Shown here piece after piece: positions 13,971-27,708 of a DNA stretch of 64,000 bases. Position numbers and translations under genes: made by a program. The stretch is taken from contig OZ024742.1 in the NCBI GenBank assembly GCA_964016885.1, positions 267,034,001 through 267,098,000 of the forward strand, given 5' to 3'. The stretch comes from Eledone cirrhosa (taxonomy: Eukaryota). The notes under the pieces were generated by a model that ran no database searches, was not told the origin of the DNA, and worked only from the letters and a program-made list of their open reading frames with translations. Numbering within the stretch: position 1 is the stretch's first letter; each line of letters begins with the position of its first letter.

Positions 13971-14171
13971 GGACAAAATGAAAACACACACGCACATAGA
14001 ACAAACAACCAACCTGTAACATGTAAATAAACAAATAAATAAACGAATATAAACACACACAGACACCCGGATGTGGCGCATGCGCAGACTGAGCACACAA
14101 CACACACTCAGAAACAAAATGGCGTAGGACAGAACAATGGAGTGACACAAAAACAAAGAAAAGAATCCCCA

Positions 14172-14214
14172 GTCACTGAAGAGGTCACAGAATGTGTGAC
14201 GAAAGAACTTTGAC
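14172..14214 (+). ncRNA. Hammerhead ribozyme motif in the 3' pLTR
   Basis: GTCA-CTGAAGA-G-GTCACA gaatg TGTGAC-GAAA-GAAC-TT-TGAC. Confidence 0.7.
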
Positions 14215-14499
14215 AATATATAAACAACCATCTGGTTGTGGAACCAACCAAGCAACCGGAAATTAATAAATTTATTATAATAAATTGAAGTGAAAGCAAC
14301 TGGTGCGTGTGTTTCTTATTGGCAACATGACCCTCCCAAAGTATAACAATATATATATATATATATATATATATTTAAAAGAATAGAAGTGTAACACACG
14401 AGTTGTGATATATTGGTAAAAGGAAAAGAAAATGCTGACAAATTGTTCCCAGTGAAAAATAGTTTAATTAGGAATAAGTAAACATTAGTAATAAGTATT

Positions 14500-14714
14500 G
14501 GTTAGTATTCAGGTTTAGTTTTAAGTTTTTACCGGTTGCACATTTCTAATGCTTTTCAAAAATAATTTTGAGATAGAGCGCCCGTGATGGTTGCTCTAAT
14601 CCGAGGTCTCATGGTTAGATCAAACATCACGGGCGCTCTATCTCAAAATTATTTTTGAAAAGCATTAGAAATGCGCAACCGGTAAAAACTTAAAACTAAA
14701 ACTGAATACTAACC
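14500..14714. repeat. Near-perfect about 100-bp-arm hairpin
   Basis: ggttagtattcag..gagatagagcgcccgtgatg mirrored by catcacgggcgctctatctc..ctgaatactaacc. Confidence 0.9.
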
Positions 14715-17433
14715 TAGAGTGCTCAGGACTCCATTCGAGCCAGCGACTGGGAGCGCCTCTTCTATCGTCCCACTCACCCTTGGCCTCCCCAGCTCTGGGG
14801 TTGACCGAGGTGGCCTGTAGACAGCAGCCTTTGTCAAGGCCAATGTTTCGTCTTTTGGGCAAGCACCCATTCCAAGCCTGCCGAAGGACGACACAACCCC
14901 TGCTCTTGGCTGCCTCCAATCCTCCACATCTGAGGCCAGCGCCAAGCATGTGCGTGACCGTGTAAACACTAAACTTATCATGGGGGGTGCCAAGGCTGCA
15001 GTCAGAGTGGTTGCCTCAGAGGACACTGTCCTCCAACCCACCGAGGAGGTCCTGGGTGCCCTATTACTCAAGCACCCTGAGCCACCCGCTGACCTTCGGC
15101 CCATACCCTCACCATATCCCCACCTGCTCCTTGTGGCTTCCGACGCAGACATCATGTCTACCATCAAGTCCTTCCCAGCTAGCAGCAGCGGAGGTGCTGA
15201 TGGTCCTCGACCAGGCCACCCCATGGAGTTGCTCTCAACCCTCTCCACTGAGACCGGGGGCCGCATCTGAGTGCAATTGTGGAACTCACCAATAGGCGCC
15301 CTGGATCCTAACACCCGAGGCCTCTTTTTTTCGGCTAGTCTGACCGCTCTCAGGAAGAAATAGGGTGGCATACGTTCCATCGCTGTGGCCAATGTCTTCC
15401 GGAGGCTGGCTGCTAAGGTGGTCTGCAGGTCAATATCACCTAAACTGTGTGAGGAGTTCAGTCCGGTGCAACTGGGTGTCGGCGTGTCCGGTGGCTCTGA
15501 GGGGCCCGCACATGCAACCAGGCAGTTCTTTAATAGCTGCCCACCGGAACCGGCATCCAGGGACTCCAGTCACCTCATTGTCAAGCTTGACATGAGGAAT
15601 CCCTTTAACTGCATACGCCTGGACCATCTGCTCAATGCCTGCCTCAGCCGAGCCCCCTTCACCTTCCCGCTGGCCTACTTATTATATGGAGCCCTGAGCA
15701 TGCTCCTTGCTGCTGACACGGTCATACCTTCGGCCACTGGGGTCCAACAGAGCGACCCTTTGTGCCCCTCCTGTTTGCCTTGGTATAGACCACATTGCCC
15801 GGAGTATCACGACCCCTCTCAACGTTTGGTACCTGGATGATGCTACGCTGGGCGGGCCCGTGGAGACTGTCTGCCATGACTTTCAATCGGTGGTTCGTGC
15901 CCTGGCGGGAATCGGCCTCCAGGTTAACTCGTGTAAGTCGGAAGTGGTGAATGTCAACTATGATGCTGAGAGTTTTGCAGCCCCCGTCTTGGACGTGCGA
16001 TCCATTCTCCACCAGTTACAGGTGACCCCCCCAAAGTGGATACCCTCATCCTCGGGTCACCGATACACTCGCCGGCCATCCGCCCCACCATCAAGTCTAA
16101 GCTCCAACAATTCCAGACCATGACGAGCCGACTAGGCTCGATAGACGGACACCCTGCTCTCTTCCTGTTGAGGAAGTGCTTCGCCATGCCAAAGCTCCTC
16201 TACACCCTTCGCAGTGCTCCGTGCTACAGCCACGCATCTCTCTTCTCTGACCTCGATACTTGTATCCGAGCGGCAGCTGAGGAGATATGCAACGTCAGGT
16301 TTGACGACATTGGATGGCAACAGGCCACTTTACCTGTCAATTGTGGAGGCCTTGGTCTCCGGTTTCCGATCTAGCTGGCTTTGCCGACGTTTCTTTCATC
16401 GGTAATCTCATGCCGCGTCCGCGTCAGCAGGTTTCTCCAAAACACAATAGAACCCTCTGTGTTCAGGGAACGTGAGGTCGCCTGTGAGACGTGGGACAGG
16501 CTGGGACTTAGCCCGCTAGACATCCCTCCCCCTTCTCCTCCTGCTGATGTCAAGTGCCCCCAAAGCGTATGGATGCCATCCAGTACAGCCTGGCCTCAGA
16601 CAGGCTTACGCGCCAGCTCGACCAGCACTGCCTTGCCAGTTTTCGGGCGGCGTCCAAACCCCACAGTGGTGCCTGTCTCCATGCCTTGCCCACAATCTCC
16701 ACTGGCACTGGATAACGATAGCCTGCGCATCGGCGTTTTTCTGGAGGCTTGGACTCCAGATCTGCGAGCCACATAAATGTCGCTGTGGATCCACCGTTAA
16801 CTCTTTCGGACTCCACCCGCTTTCCTGTCGCTACAGTGCCGGCCGCCTTCCACGCCATGCTGCCCTCAACGATATCATTAAGCATAGCTTGGACGCTGCA
16901 GGCTTCCCCTCCCAGCTCGATCCGGGAGGGGGGGGGACCTAGGTGATGGCAAAAGACCAGACGGTATCACCATATTCCCGTTCCGCGGTGACAAACCTCT
17001 CGTCTGGGATGCTTCTTGCAGCGACACTTTCTCCAGCCGCAACCTGGTGCAGTCTGCGACTAACCCGGGTACTGCTGTACGTCGGGCTGAGGAGGACAAA
17101 CTCTCCAAGTACCGGTCGCTCTCCGATAGATTCCCGGTCGTGCCCTTGGTAATGATGACTTCTGGTGTCCTTGGCCCTAGAGCTACACCCTATTCACCAC
17201 CATTGGCGCTGAGCGTGCCAGCTGCAGGTGTGAGCCTCGCGAGTTGGAATGGCCCTTCCAGCGCATCTCCCTTACCATCCCCCGAGGAAACGCCTTCTCC
17301 ATCCTGTCCCCCGGGGCTGCGGGGAGCCAGCACCTGGGACCCCATTTGCTCACCATATGGATTAATAGGCAAAGTTATAAACTATTGTAAATAAACATAT
17401 CACATTAATGTGTAACAAGTAAAAAAAAAAAAA
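14715..17433 (+). mobile_element. CRE-type non-LTR retrotransposon (RT, zinc finger, restriction-like endonuclease), 5'-truncated and decayed, poly(A) tail
   Basis: GGIRSIAVANVFRRLAAK, QLGVGVSGG, KLDMRNPFN, GVQQSDPL, WYLDD, GGLGLR, CRCG..HPLSC..RH..ND and RPDG. A-tract at 17421-17433. Confidence 0.85.
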
Positions 17434-18370
17434 GATTAGGTGCTTAAGCAATGAATTTCTGTTTTAAGCTAAGCGGGGTTATCTGAAACTGAGAAAAATC
17501 AATCTGCAAACGTAGAATTAAGTATCTAAACAAATATTATGAGCAGATATTGCATTTAGAAAGCAGGAAGACATAACGATAGTGCGTGATGACGTTTTCT
17601 GCGATGAACGAAATATATGCAAGGAGAATTACAACGTTATATGGAGCGGGTAGTTAGACTGTTGAAAGGGAGACAATTGAGTTAATTCCGGGTAAAATTC
17701 AGCCTACATCTTTGTAGTTTTTTAACATGCATTTTACAGCATGGAGGCAGTGATTATAAAAAATCAGATCTTTTTTTTTGAGACAAGTACTATTACGTAA
17801 TCTCTGCAAGATATTTATTCGTTCATCGATACACAATCTGCAAGACAAATTTCTATTTCTGTATAGCCTAGATTTGGTCAAAACTTTCCATTGAATGGAA
17901 TAATCGACGTCTACCTATTTGAGTGGCCATATGTGGCTTACTAGCTTAGTGGACGATCACTTATCCGAATGTCTAAATGCAGACTGATGGTTAATGATGC
18001 GTTCTTTAAACCGGCCCTCTGCCATACCTACATATGTTTTGAGCTCCTGTTGTTGGTTTGGTCGTGTAGATGTATCTTCAGCCTCATAGACTATTCCGGG
18101 TATGTTACACTGTTGTTGAAGGGGTCATCTTTCTGGCTTCCTGCATCCAGGTCGGGTTGAGCTCTTGTGGTTGGTGGTTATGTGGGCTTTCATATTTTTA
18201 GTATAGGAATAACCGAGTTTCACCCTATATCTATTGAATATAGGTGCGTCTTTATGTCACGTGGGGAAGTGTTTATCTAGGAGTACTAAGAAACTTACAT
18301 TGGGTGTAACACTGAGCGAGAAGGGTTGGCAGAACCAAATTATTTTTTCCTACTTCTTTTTGTACTGTAG
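17434..18370 (-). pseudogene. Penelope-like element 3' fragment (GIY-YIG) plus 3' UTR
   Basis: Minus strand reads YVGMAEGRFKERIINHQSAF...IQWKVLTKSRLYRNRNLSCRLCIDERINI, typical of a PLE GIY-YIG C-terminus. Confidence 0.75.
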
Positions 18371-19057
18371 GACAAATTTGGGATAAATAACCAAGGGTTA
18401 GAGCATTCTATCCATACGACGAGGTAAGTATAACTAGTTATAACAGTGACATATACATGTACATGACTGTTTTAGGGTTATTCATTGCAACTCATATGAA
18501 TAAAATCGCTTTTCATATGATAAAAATGGCTTTCCACCATGAAGATTTTGGTAATCCCGAATTTATCTATGGTTGTTGTAGTGATCACGAGGTTGATGCT
18601 GCTATCGGTGCTGTGTGCCTTATGACTTTTTGTGGGCAAAGAGAGAAAATCTTTCTTATTTTGTCATTTTTGTATATTAACTTTTTCACTCCAACCCACG
18701 CCACAACATATGTCTGACTGCAGCTCGCTACTGAAGCATCACAGAAACGTCTGAAGCGTTGACGGTGATATGAGGCACACGTAGTACGTACATGACTGTA
18801 GCTGTTCTATTAAGGTGATGCGGTGGGGGTGGGAGGGGTATGTTCGCCTTCATTTTTAAAAATTAAGGGGCATATATTAGAAATAAAAGAAATATTTACA
18901 GCAAATACCTAAATATTACTGGGGCAGCCTTTTGTAGGCAAAGTAGTGTATATGACCTATTTCGACATTGTAACAAAAATTTACAGAATAAAGAATTTTG
19001 TAAACAAGTGAAAAACACCAACACTCGTGAACATGTGAAACAAAACCACAAACAATA

Positions 19058-19780
19058 ATAAGGATTTCTACTATAGGCACAGGGCCAGCAATTGTGGGGG
19101 AGGGGAAAGTCGATTAAAGCGACCCCAGTGCATTGCTGGTGCTTTATTAAATCGACCCCATAAGGATGAAATGCAAAGCTAACCTCGGCAGGATACCCTA
19201 ATAATAATGATTTGCTTCAAGTGCCATGTTGACACACGGTATGATAATGGAAGGACGCTTCAAATAATAATTGTTTCTACTTTTGGCACATTGCCAGCAA
19301 TTACCCAGTGCATTACTGGTACTTTATTTTATCGACCCTGTAAGGATGAAAGGCAAAGTTACCTCGGCGGGATTTGAACTCAGAATGGCAAGGGCCGTAA
19401 CTCTATGCGTCAAAGCATGGTGTCCGACCCTCTACCGATACTGCCAATCAAATAATAATAGTAATATTTTCTACTTTGGCACAAGCCCAGCATTTATACC
19501 ATTTTGGTGCTTTATTTTATCGACTACGTAAGGATGAAAGGCAAAGCTAAACTCGGCAGGATTAGAACTCAGAACGTAAAGGGCCACACCTTGTCCATTG
19601 CTCTACCGATACTGCAATCTACCGTCCTAATAATAATAATAATAATAATAATAATTGTTTCTATTTTTGGCACAAGGCCAGCAATTACCCAGTATATTAC
19701 TGGTACTTTATTTTATCGACCCCGTAAGGATGAAAGGCAAAGTTAACCTCGGCGGGATTTGAACTCAAATCATAAAGGGA
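19058..19780 (-). mobile_element. Cluster of four SINE copies separated by (AAT)n tails
   Basis: Repeated tcgaccc.taaggatgaaaggcaaag..ctcggc.ggatt.gaactcagaa at about 19150, 19330, 19520 and 19715. Confidence 0.88.
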
Positions 19781-20050
19781 ATAATAATAATAATAATAAC
19801 AATGCTTTCTTTATTAACCACAAGGGTTTCCATAAAGTAGACATTAAGGACAGTACAGGACAATACAGGACGGTACAAATGGGCATGTCTGCGTGTAAAA
19901 AAAAGCAGAGGATGTATTAAAAAATAACAATGAAAAATTCCCCAATAGGGGGGAGACTTCCGAGGGACATTTGTGGAGAAAGCCCATTAAAAGGCCACAG
20001 TGACCCTGACTACCAGGGCAAGTGCCCTCTCCCAGTTTTCCACCTTTAAT

Positions 20051-23000
20051 TTACAGACACATACTCAGAGTAGGTCCATTCACTCGGGCCATACTGGCTT
20101 CTCTCACCCATCTTTCAACAAAATGCTGGGAAGAGAGCACTTCCTTCTCTACCCTGATTTTCCTTTTCAAATAAAATTTGAAAAAGTTAATCAGGGCATC
20201 ACCGAAGAGGTAAGTGCTCGTCTTCAGCCCTTTCAAACGTGTCCACCATACTATCTCTTTCGCCATGGCCACCACACAGATAAAAGCTGCCTGCCCTTCC
20301 CGGCTAAAGGAAGAGGGCGGGGCAATCCTCACGATGGACTCAGCTGATAGCTGGATCCGACCTACACGTGACAGCAGGTGTTCGACATAAACCCACAAGT
20401 CAGCAATGCTCGGACACTGGACGAGTGCGTGCAGGACGGTTTCGTCGCCCTGCGCGCATCTCGGACATGCCCGGCTGACGGCACTTCCATGCCTGTAGAG
20501 TTTCTCCCGAACTGGCAAAGCTCCTCGGTAGCACTGCCAGGCCAGGGATTTCTGGAAGTTGTCAATAGGCCCCGGCCCGAAAGTCCTTCCGAAGAGATTG
20601 GTTACTGATTTTCGTCGACGCCTAGAGTGTCTCCAAGTACGTCGTCGCTCTTCCCCTCCACTAATCCTCTATAGAACGCCAAGGTGGAGTTTCCACCGAT
20701 CACAAGGCCCGATTGTTCGAGGGCTGTGAACGCCTGAAGACATTCCAGTCTCCAAGTGCTCCCTCTCGGTCTTCGCTTAACCCAGGACTGCAGCTCCGTC
20801 AAGGAAACGAGCTGGGGAAAGACGTGTCTAGCAAACGGCGACCACACCTGATCACCGTCGAGGAAGAGGTGGAGATGTCGTAGCCTGAACGCGTGTCTGC
20901 GCATCATCAGCCACGGCATTCCCTGCCCTCCACGTAGCGGGTGTTGACAGCAGATGGACCGCCTGACCATCGGAGCGCGTCCCTTCCACAAAAAGCGAAA
21001 AAGCAAACGCTCCAGCGCAGTCAGGTGGGGCTTAGGACAAGGTACGACGGTCAGGCGGTAGTAGATGACGGACCCGATGTACGCGTTGGCCACCTCCGCT
21101 CGACCTTTCAGGGGTAGTTTCCTCTCCGCCCATTTCTGGGTGAGAGAAGCCACCCTGCTCGTCACCTCGTCCCAGTTTTTGTCCGTCTGGAGGTCCGGAC
21201 AGAACCAGACCCCTAGCAATTTAACCGGTCCGTCCGTCCAGCGCCCGACGACGCTGTTGGACGGCATGGACATGCCTCTCCAGGTGCCGAGCCGCAGGCC
21301 CACTGACCTTTCCTGGTTGATCATTGCTCCTGTCACCGCTTCGTATTCTCTTAGTGTAGTGCCGATCGCCTCGATGTGTTTGGCGTTCAACACCACTACG
21401 GTGACATCGTCCGCATATGCTGATATGGAACTTCCGCATTCTAGTTCGCGCGGGATCCCCCTCAACGTCTCCAGTTAGTGCAGTAATGGCTCGAGAGTCA
21501 ATACGTACAAGAGGGACGAGAGGGGACATCGTTGGCGTACCGAGCGCATGATGTTGAACGGTTCCTAAAGGTGACCGTTCACTCTCACCACAGAGCAGAT
21601 GTCGCTGTGCATGGCGGAGAATGAGCCTCTGAAGACTGGCCAAAGCCAGCCGCCCTCAGGACTGCCTCTAGGTAACGATGGTCGACCCTATCGAAAGCTT
21701 TCGACTGATCTAAATTGATCAAAGACCCACCCGTGCCAGGTTCCCTAGCTACCCTCTCTACGATGTATCGCATGAGGTCGAGGTTGTCGTGGAGGATCTG
21801 TAGGGAATGGCGCATGTCTGCGCCTCTCCCACCAGACCCTTGACGACAAGCGCCAACCTCGTTGCTAACATTTTGGCCAAAATCTTGAACTCTGTGTTTA
21901 GCAGAGTTATGGGCCTGAAATTATCTATGTTATCCCCCTTGTTCGGATCCTTTCTCAGCAGCGCCACAGCTCCTCGGCTCACAGATCTGGGAATTCTCCC
22001 GTTCTGTTGCCAGTTGCAGTAGACGTCCGCCAAGAGGCCTCCGAACAAGTCTGGCATCTGTACGTAAAGTTCATAGGGCAGACCATCCAAACCAGGCGAT
22101 TTACCCCTTGTGCAGCCAGTCATTGCCTCCCGTACTTCAGCGGCTGTTATCGGCTTTTCGCAACACTCCGCCTCAGTGGCCGAGAGCCGCGGCCGTCCGT
22201 TGAGGTAGACACTAAAGTCCATCCCTCGATCCAGCCCGCTGCTGCCGCCGAACAGCTGTGCGAAGTGTTGCTGAAAAGCTTCACACATTTGCCCGGGATC
22301 GAGTAGCATGCGCCCGTCGTGGTCCACCAAAGACCGGATCGTGGCTTTGTTGCCACGACGCGCCTCCGCCACTCGGGCCCATTGAACGGCTTTCGTCCCC
22401 TCGTGTCTGAGAGCACGCACCCTAGCTCTGACAACGCAGCCTTCGTGCTTTGCATTGAAGAATTGGTCAAGGGCCAATTTCGCCGCAAGTACATCGGTCG
22501 CGATGCCTTTGCTAAGCGCCTCGTCTAATTTTCTAACTAATTCTCCCTCTGCTCTATTTTTCTCTATTGCTAAAGCCTTACTAACCTAATGGACTATATT
22601 CTAATTGCTCTTTTCAGAGCAAACAACCACTTGTTGTTGACGATGGCCCCCGTCAACGACTGCTTAACTAGTTCGCTAATCCGGTCTCTGTAAGCCTTGC
22701 GCGCTGGTAAGGACGCGTTTAGCTTCCAGTAGCCGGGTCCTCGTCTATGAAGCCTATCTAAGTCAAGCACACAGATCACGAATTTGTGGTTCGTGTAACT
22801 GACTATCTTGAATTGTGGACAACCTATGCTAGACCTATCTATTTCCCTACAAAATACTCTATCTAGATATGATCTGGATGACCCTATGCGATTTGTTCAA
22901 ACCACATTATCACACTCTGGAAATCCAATCGGTACCTCTCAGACTGTTCAAAACGCCTGAGCAGGTTGGTGAGGCTCTTTCACCCTCCTCCCTTATCCGC

Positions 23001-23440
23001 TGATCCCACACAGTCCCAGCGTACATCTAAGATCCCGTTCCAGTCGCCCACTAATACTAAAGAGCGGGACGTTCCAAGAAAGGTCTCCAGACGACGGAAG
23101 AAATCAGGCCGCCCTGCTCCTGTCGGGGCATAGACGGCCACTAGCCTGAAAGCTTGCCCTTCTCCGCTGGTTACGTCTAGCACCACCGACTTACTTTCTG
23201 GGTCCAGGAAGATGGCTCGTATGGCGAGATCCAAACCTCTCCGAAAAAGCACAGCAACTCCTCCCCTCGATCCCGGACGGCTGGGAGATGCGTACACATT
23301 GTAGCCGCCGAAGAGCGGTGCGAGGGCCCGTGCTTCGGAGATTCTGGTCTCGCTTATGGCCACTACATCTATGTTTAGTGACCTGAGGTCGTTGAGCAGG
23401 TGGCCCTCCAGTCATGACGACCCCAAGCCACCCGCATTTA
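20051..23440 (-). pseudogene. Tx1/L1 ORF2: APE endonuclease, RT and CCHC zinc finger (frameshifted)
   Basis: AISETR, VYAPTG, VGDWN, RGPGYWKLN, KSPGLDG, FRPITLLN, DQSKAFDRVDH, AYADD and CPRC..ETVLHALVQC. Confidence 0.92.
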
Positions 23441-23511
23441 TGCTGCCTATTCTGAGTAAGGTCATGTTGAAATGGAGTGGAAAAGATGGGAAAGACCACT
23501 TACCTTACTTC

Positions 23512-25330
23512 TCATTGAGGAAGGATGGTTTCTCCATCCTTTTCACTGCTTGTGGCCTCCTCCGGAAGGATGTCCTTATAAATCCTCCTGGAGAGTGTTT
23601 GTCGGAAGTTTCCGATGTCTTTGGGGAATTTTTGTTTTAGTGTCGTGTACGTTTTCTGTGTGATGCGAGTGATTTGTATGTGTGGAGGTGGTGTGAACTT
23701 TTGGATTGTTGTGTAGTCTTTTTCTGTTATGCTGGTGTTGTGTTGGATGTAGTGTAATAATTGGTTGTTGTTCAAATTTAATGCTGTGTAGTGTGTATCG
23801 TTTTGGTTGTTTTGTTTTGTTTGCGTTTGTTGTGGGTTTGTTTCTGTTTCGCTTTTTGATGACTTTTGTGGTGTTGGTGATGGTGGTGTTGGGGTTAATG
23901 ATGGTGATGGTGTTGGTGTTTGTGGTGATGGGGTTGGTGATGCTGGTGTGGATGGTGGCATATCTGTCCTAACTTTTTTGTTTGATAGTTTATTTGTTTC
24001 CCTCTGTATTTTGTCTTTGGAGGAGGAAGGAAGAGAATTTTTCTTTTTTGGTTTCTTTTTTTCTTTTTTCCTGATACCGTTTCCCACTCCCCGTCGTCAC
24101 AATCTGTCTCCAGTTGTGATAGGCCGGGGAGTGGAAAATCCTCCACAGGCGTTGGTTTTGGTTGTGGCGTGGTGGATGGTGTAGGCGCTAGTGCTAGTTC
24201 TGGCGCGTTGGTTGGTGGTGGTGTTGGTTTTGCTACTGTTGCTGGGGTTGTTGCTGTTACAGTTGCTTCTGTTGTTGCTGCCATCTCTGCTACTGGTGGT
24301 GTTGATGGTTGAGTCACTGGGGTGGGTAAGAGAGGTGGCCTCAACCTTTTAGCCTGAGGGCAGAAAGCCCTTAGGTGGGTTCCTTCACCACAAACGACAC
24401 ACCTAGGCCTTCTGCCCTCGACGATTACGGTGAGATGGCTGCCGTCAGTGAGGTCTATTACCTCTGGGATCTCCTCAATGCTTTTTTGGTCTGCTTGGAT
24501 CACGAGCTCCATCCCAGATCCATACCAGTTCTCCTGCTTTTCTTTCGCTATTTCGATTATCTTGGTGTTATCATGTCTCGAGGAAAGCTGTCTTGTATCT
24601 CTTTGTATAAATTGAGCGACATTCGCACCAGAAACAAATCTTCCGGCACGCCGCGAAATGTGCTCGATTTAAAAATTCCCCCATCTTTTTGTATATCTTC
24701 ATTTCGTGCTACAAAGTCTATCAGTTCCTTGTTGGCCCTCCTGACGAAGTTTTGTATGTTTTGTTGGTGTGATTTTATTTGTTTCCGTGGCTGTGGTGGT
24801 GATGGTTTTGATGGTGTTGTTTCGGTTGTGTCTGTGTTTGTTGTGAGTACGGTGTCTGTGGTTTCAGATGTTTGTGCGTGTATTTGTTCGTGCGTCTATT
24901 TAGGTTGTTTGCGTTTGGGGGATTCTGGTAATGGTGATGGTGATGGTGGTGTTGATGTTGGTGTTATTGGGGAGATGTTTGAGTGGGTGGTTTCTGCATT
25001 TTCTCTTGTGGATGATTTTGTGCTTTGTTGAGTTTTTTTTTCTTTTTGTGTTTCCTTTTTTTGTATTTTGGGGGATTTTGGTTTTCCCTCATCTTCACTA
25101 TTGGTAGATGAGGGGTTTGCAGCGAAAGTGTTCTTCTTGTCATTGGGGTGTTTTTATTGTTGTCGTTGTTCTTGTTGGTGTTGTTGTTGTTGTTATCACT
25201 GTCGCTGTTATCATTGTTGTCTTTCGTGCCGCCGTTGTTCTCGGTGCAGTCGGTATTGTTGCTGTTTGTGTTGTCGCTATTTGTTTTCATGTTAGTGGTG
25301 TTGATATTGTTGTTGCAATTTTTTGTCATT
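23512..25330 (-). pseudogene. Tx1 ORF1 with CCHC zinc knuckle and low-complexity P/T/N/K-rich regions
   Basis: VEGRRPRCVVCGEGTHLRAFC (CX2CX4HX4C) and WETVSGKKKK, split across frames. Confidence 0.7.
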
Positions 25331-25607
25331 TTTTCTGTTATCTGTATTTTCGTTGTCGCTATTACTGGGGGGGGGGGGGGGGGGCAGCCATGTTTTTTTT
25401 GTTGTTTTTTTTCGATAATCTTTTTAAAATGTAAAAGAGTTCAAATATTTGAGCCAACAGGCCCAAATATTATTCTTTCCCCTTCACAGGGCAAAATCCA
25501 AAGGTTTGTATGCCTTACACAACAACAACAAATTCAATAAATAAGTTTTGACAGGTAAATAAATAAACTTACGAGGCGAGCAAAAAGACGTCCGTCCGTT
25601 CAGACTC

Positions 25608-25657
<50 letters not shown>

Positions 25658-27532
25658 TAACAATAAAAATTGTAACGCTAGCACTTAGAAATGATACTAC
25701 ATGAAGTAATAAAATTGTTAGCTACACCGACCTTGGTTTTATATTAAATCATCGATGGAATTTACTCACCTCTGCTTTTAAACGCAATATATGTGTTGGC
25801 GTGGCACCAAGGAGTCTTGTATCCAACAGAAAGCGTCAGTCAAATTAACGAGTGAGCTGTAGACTGATTAATTAAAGTTATTGATTATCCGCTAACTAGG
25901 TGATGAGAATTAATTTTTCCAGCCAGTTGAATTTAGTGCCTAAACTGTTTAGCCAAGACTCTATCTGCCAAATTGTTGCCATGGAAATTTTGAATTACCA
26001 ATCATGTTTTCATTATGTTCTGATACACACCACGTGTTCTATCAATTAAACCTTTGACTCTTCCTTCATCTTGCAATTAAATTTCTATTATTTGGATTCG
26101 AAATTTTGTTCATATTTGTTACTTGTATTTGTTACTTGTATTTGTTTAAAGTACTTCATTTTTTAAATTTCATTTTCCTTTAATTTAGTAAATTGTTTCC
26201 ATAATTTTGTTTGTGAAATCAGTGATATTTCTCTCTCTCTCTCTCTCTCTCGGCTACATATTCTATTTCAGATGATATTCAATGATATGTCTTCGTTATT
26301 GTTTCTGATGTTATTGTTGTATTTCGTTTACTTCTTGTGTGTGTTTTGCTGTCCTTCATAATGTGCTTTTTTCTTTATTAAATCTCTAGCATCCTTAGTC
26401 AATTTGTTCATTAGTCGGGCTTAACCTCTGCTCACTCTTGTTTGTGACCAGCGAAAAAATACACAATGCAATTATCACGCCATCAGGAAAGTTGATAAAA
26501 TATAAATGTTTCATTACACATTCGACTAAAAACAAAATATTGGAATTTAATCAAGTATGAAACGTTCCAAAATTAGATATATTCTCCATTTTCTTTCGCC
26601 ACGCTTTGTCTTCTTTTGTTTTCCAATTTTTACACATTAACTCACCCCTTTCTCTTTATTCATACACATACTCTCAATCATGTCTCTCTTCATCTTCCTC
26701 TCTCTCTCTCTTTTTCTATCCAACTTTGCTATAGTAATGTTTCACATTTAATATATTTTCGCTTGAATTTTTGATACTTGTAGGTTAAAATACATCGTCC
26801 TTTTGCTCCCAATTACGTGTCATGCTATTAATCATTTATTTCTCTGGTGTGTAAGAAGAAATATTACACCTTTTTGAGTTTAAGATACGGTTTCTTCTCC
26901 AGTTTAAATATAATTCTCCTCCGTTTACGGCATAAAGAGTTTTCGGAAAGACAATATTTCAAGATCTAAGTTGCCCAGTGCTGTTATTGTATTTGCAAAT
27001 TGCTGAATAACTGTATGTTTTACATTGATGATGATGTGAACCCGTGCGCCATGTACCGAGTTCGATTGCTTGTTGAAGCCATTGCAGACAATTTCCAAGG
27101 CTAATGTTATTTTGCAGTCCTATCTTTTCTAACACAAAATATACTACGCGTGTTTAATAGAAGAAAGCATTTGATTTTACTGAAGTAAGGTTTCCAGAGA
27201 AATCAATTCATTAGGCTGCACATTAGACAGCCCATTACATAATATTTTCTGTATTTCTTCCCGGAAACAGTCTCAAATTCAATAGTTGATAGCACAGTCT
27301 TTATTCAAGAAGCAAATAGAGTTTCCTAGCGGACGCTCTCTCTGTTCACATAGATGCCAAATCTCATTCATATCATACAATTCGGTTTGGTGAGGGATGA
27401 CTTAGAGATAAAGAAAAAAAAACTTTATTTGACAAATACTTTATATTGAATTCAATGTGACTTTCTAGAATCCACTTCATATTTTCGAAGCTGAAGTAGT
27501 CGTTTTACAACTGGAGTCTCTCTCACCCTCCC

Positions 27533-27665
<133 letters not shown>

Positions 27666-27671
27666 TTCTAA

Positions 27672-27708
<37 letters not shown>

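Larger units (their letters stand above)
19804..25607 (-). mobile_element. Full-length-like Tx1/L1-clade LINE inserted in an (ATT)n tract
   Basis: ORF1 and ORF2 remnants, AATAAA near the 3' end, and (AAT)n on both sides (19780-19800 and 25608-25665). Confidence 0.85.

Noticed and set aside
14709-15392. 227-aa minus-strand ORF and other antisense ORFs over the LINEs
   Set aside because: These are shadow ORFs on the antisense strand of GC-rich retroelement coding sequence.
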